DNA of 59,947 nucleotides, filler included, from Basidioascus undulatus (lineage: Eukaryota): NCBI GenBank assembly GCA_000826855.1. It is 6 parts of 6 records of this genome, joined end to end, with 100 filler letters (N's around TTAATTAATTAA, not from the genome) between each part and the next. Parts side by side here need not be neighbours in the genome. Positions count along the whole stretch, not along the records: positions 53,482 to 59,947 come from JTLS01001730.1; 5 more parts are not named here. One strand, 5' to 3'. Of the stretch, positions 56,180 through 59,947 are shown one piece after another; position 1 is the stretch's first letter; each line of letters opens with the position of its first letter. A program made the translations under genes and the position numbers. The notes under the pieces are model-generated. The model saw only the letters and a list, made by a program, of their open reading frames with translations. It had not been told where the DNA came from and did no database searches.

Positions 56180-57330
56180 GGCTCGAATACGCTGCTCCTG
56201 GACAGGAGTGATATCGAGTGGCTCTCCGCGTGGATGGGGTCAGCCCTTCGGGCTGTAAAAGGGGAAATCAGTGTGCCAAAAGTCCTCGAGCTTTGGAAAG
56301 GCCTCGAGCTTTGTGAGCACGCTCATCTGTTGGAAGTTTTAGTGGTCGCTCAAAGGTGATCTTTTAAGGGGACGAAACATGGCTCACGTGGTCGGAGAGC
56401 AGCCGGAAGAAGTGGATTATATCCTCGTCGTGATGGAGGGCTAGTGACGAGATATTCGGAAACCAGTCGATCGGCGAGTCGATTTTATAGATAATGTAGT
56501 ATAGCAAGGTACGAAAAGGACTTCGACACCTTCTAAATGAGGCGCCCAGTCCCCAGTCTGCCATGTCCTCCCATACCTCCATGAGAGCACAGTGACGTAG
56601 CACCGGCGACAACCCCTGAGGACCGAAGAACTCGAGAAGTCCCGCGTCGCCGATAAGGCTGAAACACGCAGCTTGTGCTGCGAGAAAGTATCGTTCTCGA
56701 AGCTGGATTCTTGGAGATTGATCGCGTCAAGAGCAGGACATCGAGCGAGGAAGGCGACACACTCGGGTGGCAGATGGAACCCCGTCAGGGTGAGGAAAAG
56801 GAGTCTGGGCCAGAGGTGAACACCGTGCATTTCTGCACGAGCTAACAGGTCTTCAAACATATTGTTGTTGTTGGCCGAGCACCCTGAGCTGGTGATACGG
56901 ACGTCGGGCAGAGGCGCAATGGATGCGGATATCTTGAAGATACGTGAACGTGAAGGCGAGTTCCGTGGGGAGATCAATGATGTGAAGCTGGGTGAGCGAC
57001 GAGACGAGGGAGGAAGAGGAGGTCCGATCGCGGTGGATCGAACCGGGGAGAAGTCCAGCGGTTGATCCTTGTGTCTGGGCGGTATCTATCGTAGAACGAC
57101 AGCCGAAGCTTGCGCAACCGCGAGAGTGAGAGCAGCGAATGAAGGCTGTTGTACAAGTTCGAACGATGCTTCTCTCGCTTGATACACTTGATGTATAAGT
57201 TGAGAGAAGTTGTGTTTGGGACGAATCGAAGAGAGCGTTACGCTCGCCATAGCGCTACTCGATCGGTGAAAGGCAAAGAAGCTCCCCAGCTGACGATATA
57301 CTCGCCGAGTTGGGGTACCGACAAAAGTGT
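56180..57330 (-). pseudogene. F-box/LRR(RNI)-like gene, apparently degenerate
   Basis: LLSLSRLRKLRLSF, HLWPRLLFLTLTGF...FLARCPALDAINL, HLEGVEVL, with an in-frame stop near 56975. Confidence 0.4.
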
Positions 57331-59378
57331 CCGTTCGAGATAAGGTGTGTTATTCTGCGAATTAGGTGAGACGAAGCCTAAAGGTGCTTATTGACGACCA
57401 AGTAAAGTGGGCGTGAGGTCAGAGCAAGTGCGTGAAGTGACGCGGGCGGGACAGCCTGACCGATGCGACCGAGGAGCTCGACGGCGAGCGTAGAGAGTCG
57501 ATCCACTGGTGTATGTATCTCCGCTGTCACTCCCTGGCTGTTCGACCATGGCCAATAGAAGGAGCTCACGAGTAGAATCCCCCCTCTTCTTGCGCCAGAG
57601 AATGTTGATGATATCGATGTGTAGGATTCAAGAGTAGGAGGGAAGGCGCAATGACCGTCAACGGTAGAGGGGCAGCCGCCTGTTTGCTTAGGATGTGAAC
57701 GATGCACCGGGCTCCTATTTAACAAAGTAAGGTAAGTGTTACTGAGAACATGTGTCTTGCTTAATAAAGAAAGCAGCTGTAGCAATCAAGACCGGGACTG
57801 CTGCAGGACAGTCGAGGCGAAAGGCCGAGGCGAGAACGTCGCGAGACGGAGGTGTGATCGCTCACACCTCTCCCCCCTGCGGTTTCTGATAGCTAAGCCC
57901 AATTGAGTCGTTTTTGTCCACCTTTGAATGGAGATTATAATCTATATACAGTGCCCGAAATCCACCACACCCAGTGCGGCGACGTGAGTCTTGTGCTGAA
58001 AAGGAAGAAACTGACCTCGGCCTGCCCTTGGGACGAACACGCGCAGGCGGATAGGCGCGCAGGACGTCCTCGATGCACTCTTTCGCCGCCGCTCAGCCCC
58101 TCGAGCGGACGAGCTCGACGGTCGCGAGGCGGACCTCGTCGTCCTCGAGCACATGCTGCAGGAACAATCCCAGGCGTGTGTCCGCCAGGACGACTTGTAG
58201 CCGTGGCCGTGAACGCCTTTGTCAGGCATGCTGAGGAGGCGTGTGTCGTGCGGCATGATGCTGCTGGGGCGAGGCAAGGTGAAGGTCGGAGCTGCTTGCG
58301 AGGGCGCGCGTGGCATCGGAAGAGGGGGGAGCGGTGTCGCTGGTTTGAGCGGCTGTCGAAGCTGTGGATGTATAGGCGTGGGCGGCGGTAGCGTGTGCGG
58401 CCGCAGCGGAGGCGATGCGTGGCGCAACGGTGCGTGAAGACTCGGGGCGGCAGCGACACCCAGCAAATCGTTCAGATACCACTCAACGGATTAGAAGCTA
58501 GATTTACGCACCTAGAGTTATTTGGCATATTGTGGGGTTGGATGGGGCTCAAGGTCCCAGTCGTGGAGAAGGGGCCGCAGGTCAAGTCTGAGAAGGTCTG
58601 GTGAAAGACGGCGTGGGGCACCGGTTCAGCGGTTGCGAGTTTACGACGAACAGGGACGATGAAATGGTGCACGTACGGCTACATCAGCGGCGGCTCGTCG
58701 GTGGTGTAGTGCAGTCGAGACTGCGTATTAATACCTTCCAAACTAGTGTGACCGTAGTGGGCTGTGGGCGCTGCAGAGGCTAGTTGAATTACGATGGTTG
58801 GAGGAGGGGATGATTTTTGCGGGTTGAGTAATGGCAGCGGGCGGGTTGTGTCGCTGCGTCACGATGGCGGCCAGCTGCGAATCCCGTCTTTACGAAGTCG
58901 TCGGGTATCGGCATATTCTTGAAGCGACCTCCATATGCTGCGGGTGTTGTCTGCTTGAAAGCATACCATTGAGAGGTGGATCAGAAGTAAAAATTCCCAA
59001 CAGCGAAACGGACTGCAGTCTGGCGTTCAGCATCGTTCAGATCCCTTCACACATACGCGACAACTGCAACTACCGCCAGAACGGCAAGACGTGCAGTCGA
59101 TCTCAAATTGAACGAAGCGTGGATGTGAAAGCGCATGCGAAGCCAAGTGTGTGTGCTGCAAGGGTGTGTACAATGCACTGCAATTACGAACGAGTGAAGA
59201 ATGCGTGCGTTGCGAGTGTGAAAGGGGTGTGAACCTGAAATGCGAAAGCTACCAGAAGCGCAAGAAACGACTATTCGGCATGAACTCGAAAAAGAAGGAA
59301 GGAATGTGCAGTGAAGAGCTCGCAAGAACCAAGAAGATTAGCAAGAAACAAGAAGATCGCAACTGTGCCACGAAAGCC

Positions 59379-59885
59379 TCAAGCGTCCACCATCCCGACC
59401 TGTATCGCCGCCCCGACGCCCAGCATATTTACGACGCCCTCCATCAGCCCCAGCACGGCCCGCTCCGCCTGCAACGCGTCACTTTCAGCCCTCGCGCGCC
59501 TCGCAGCAGCCTCCCATGCCTCGTGTGCAGCGCGCGCCGAGTCCTGCACGCGTGCCTTGAAGGCTTGATCGCGCTCGCGCTCCATGCCCTCGAGCACGCG
59601 CGCGCGCGCCTCCGAAGCACCCAGGGCGGCTTCCAGCTCCGCGATGCGTGCGTGCGCGGCGGACAGGGAGGCTTGCTGGGCTGCTGCGGAGGCCTGGAGG
59701 TCCGCAAGCTGGGCTTCGAGGGAGGCGAGTGCGGCGGTGTGCGAGGATGTGAGGGACGAGAGGGTTGCGGCGTGTGCGGTGTCCGCTTCGAGCAAGTCTG
59801 CTGCGTGCGCGGCTTGCGCTTCGGCCAGTTCGGACGAGGCGGAGTGGGCGAACGCGAGGAGCTGGGCTTCGAGGGCCGCGATGCG
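59379..59885 (-). CDS. Coiled-coil protein, terminal exon; 5' part beyond window
   Basis: After a CTAAC...CAG acceptor: RIAALEAQLLAFAHSASSELAEAQAAH...LEAQLADLQ...RIAELEAAL, with Ala/Glu/Leu heptads and strong GC3 bias. Confidence 0.65.
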   Translation of the reverse strand, partial: RIAALEAQLLAFAHSASSELAEAQAAHAADLLEADTAHAATLSSLTSSHTAALASLEAQLADLQASAAAQQASLSAAHARIAELEAALGASEARARVLEGMERERDQAFKARVQDSARAAHEAWEAAARRARAESDALQAERAVLGLMEGVVNMLGVGAAIQVGMVDA

Positions 59886-59947
59886 CTGGGCGAGCGCGTC
59901 GGAGGGATGGGTGTATCAAGGTTAGTAGAGGCGAAGGAGAGGAAAAG

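Noticed and set aside
57935..58466. Two 174-aa minus-strand ORFs
   Set aside because: Low-complexity Pro/Arg/Ser sequence without domain evidence. A product call cannot be supported.

Overview
Intron-rich, GC-rich fungal genomic DNA. The GTGCGT/GTACGT donors, CTGAC branch sites, short introns and gene content point to a basidiomycete, probably a Pucciniomycotina/Microbotryomycetes-like yeast (inference). The window is not one locus: it is six contigs joined by 100-nt N spacers carrying a TTAATTAATTAA six-frame-stop linker. Recognisable genes are a split SAM methyltransferase, a secreted GDSL esterase, Ste20/PAK kinase (3' part), a Cid1-family nucleotidyltransferase (3' part), a telobox-like Myb protein, mitochondrial aspartate aminotransferase, tRNA-Val(AAC), a UBE2J/Ubc6 E2, cysteinyl-tRNA synthetase, PIG-X, eIF3L, a PriA/CPL1-like secreted protein, a DUF4202 protein, an ING PHD protein, DDX41/abstrakt helicase, Nuf2, a GH25 lysozyme pseudogene and Vid24/GID4 (5' part). 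The two most striking anomalies are (i) about 310 bp of a bacterial ispD-ispF operon fused directly into the fungal Vid24 exon at a contig edge, and (ii) a methyltransferase whose N- and C-terminal halves lie on opposite strands and abut each other. Both could be chimeras or artefacts. I see no firm evidence for a novel multi-gene system. Gene coordinates are outer bounds of spliced models deduced by eye.
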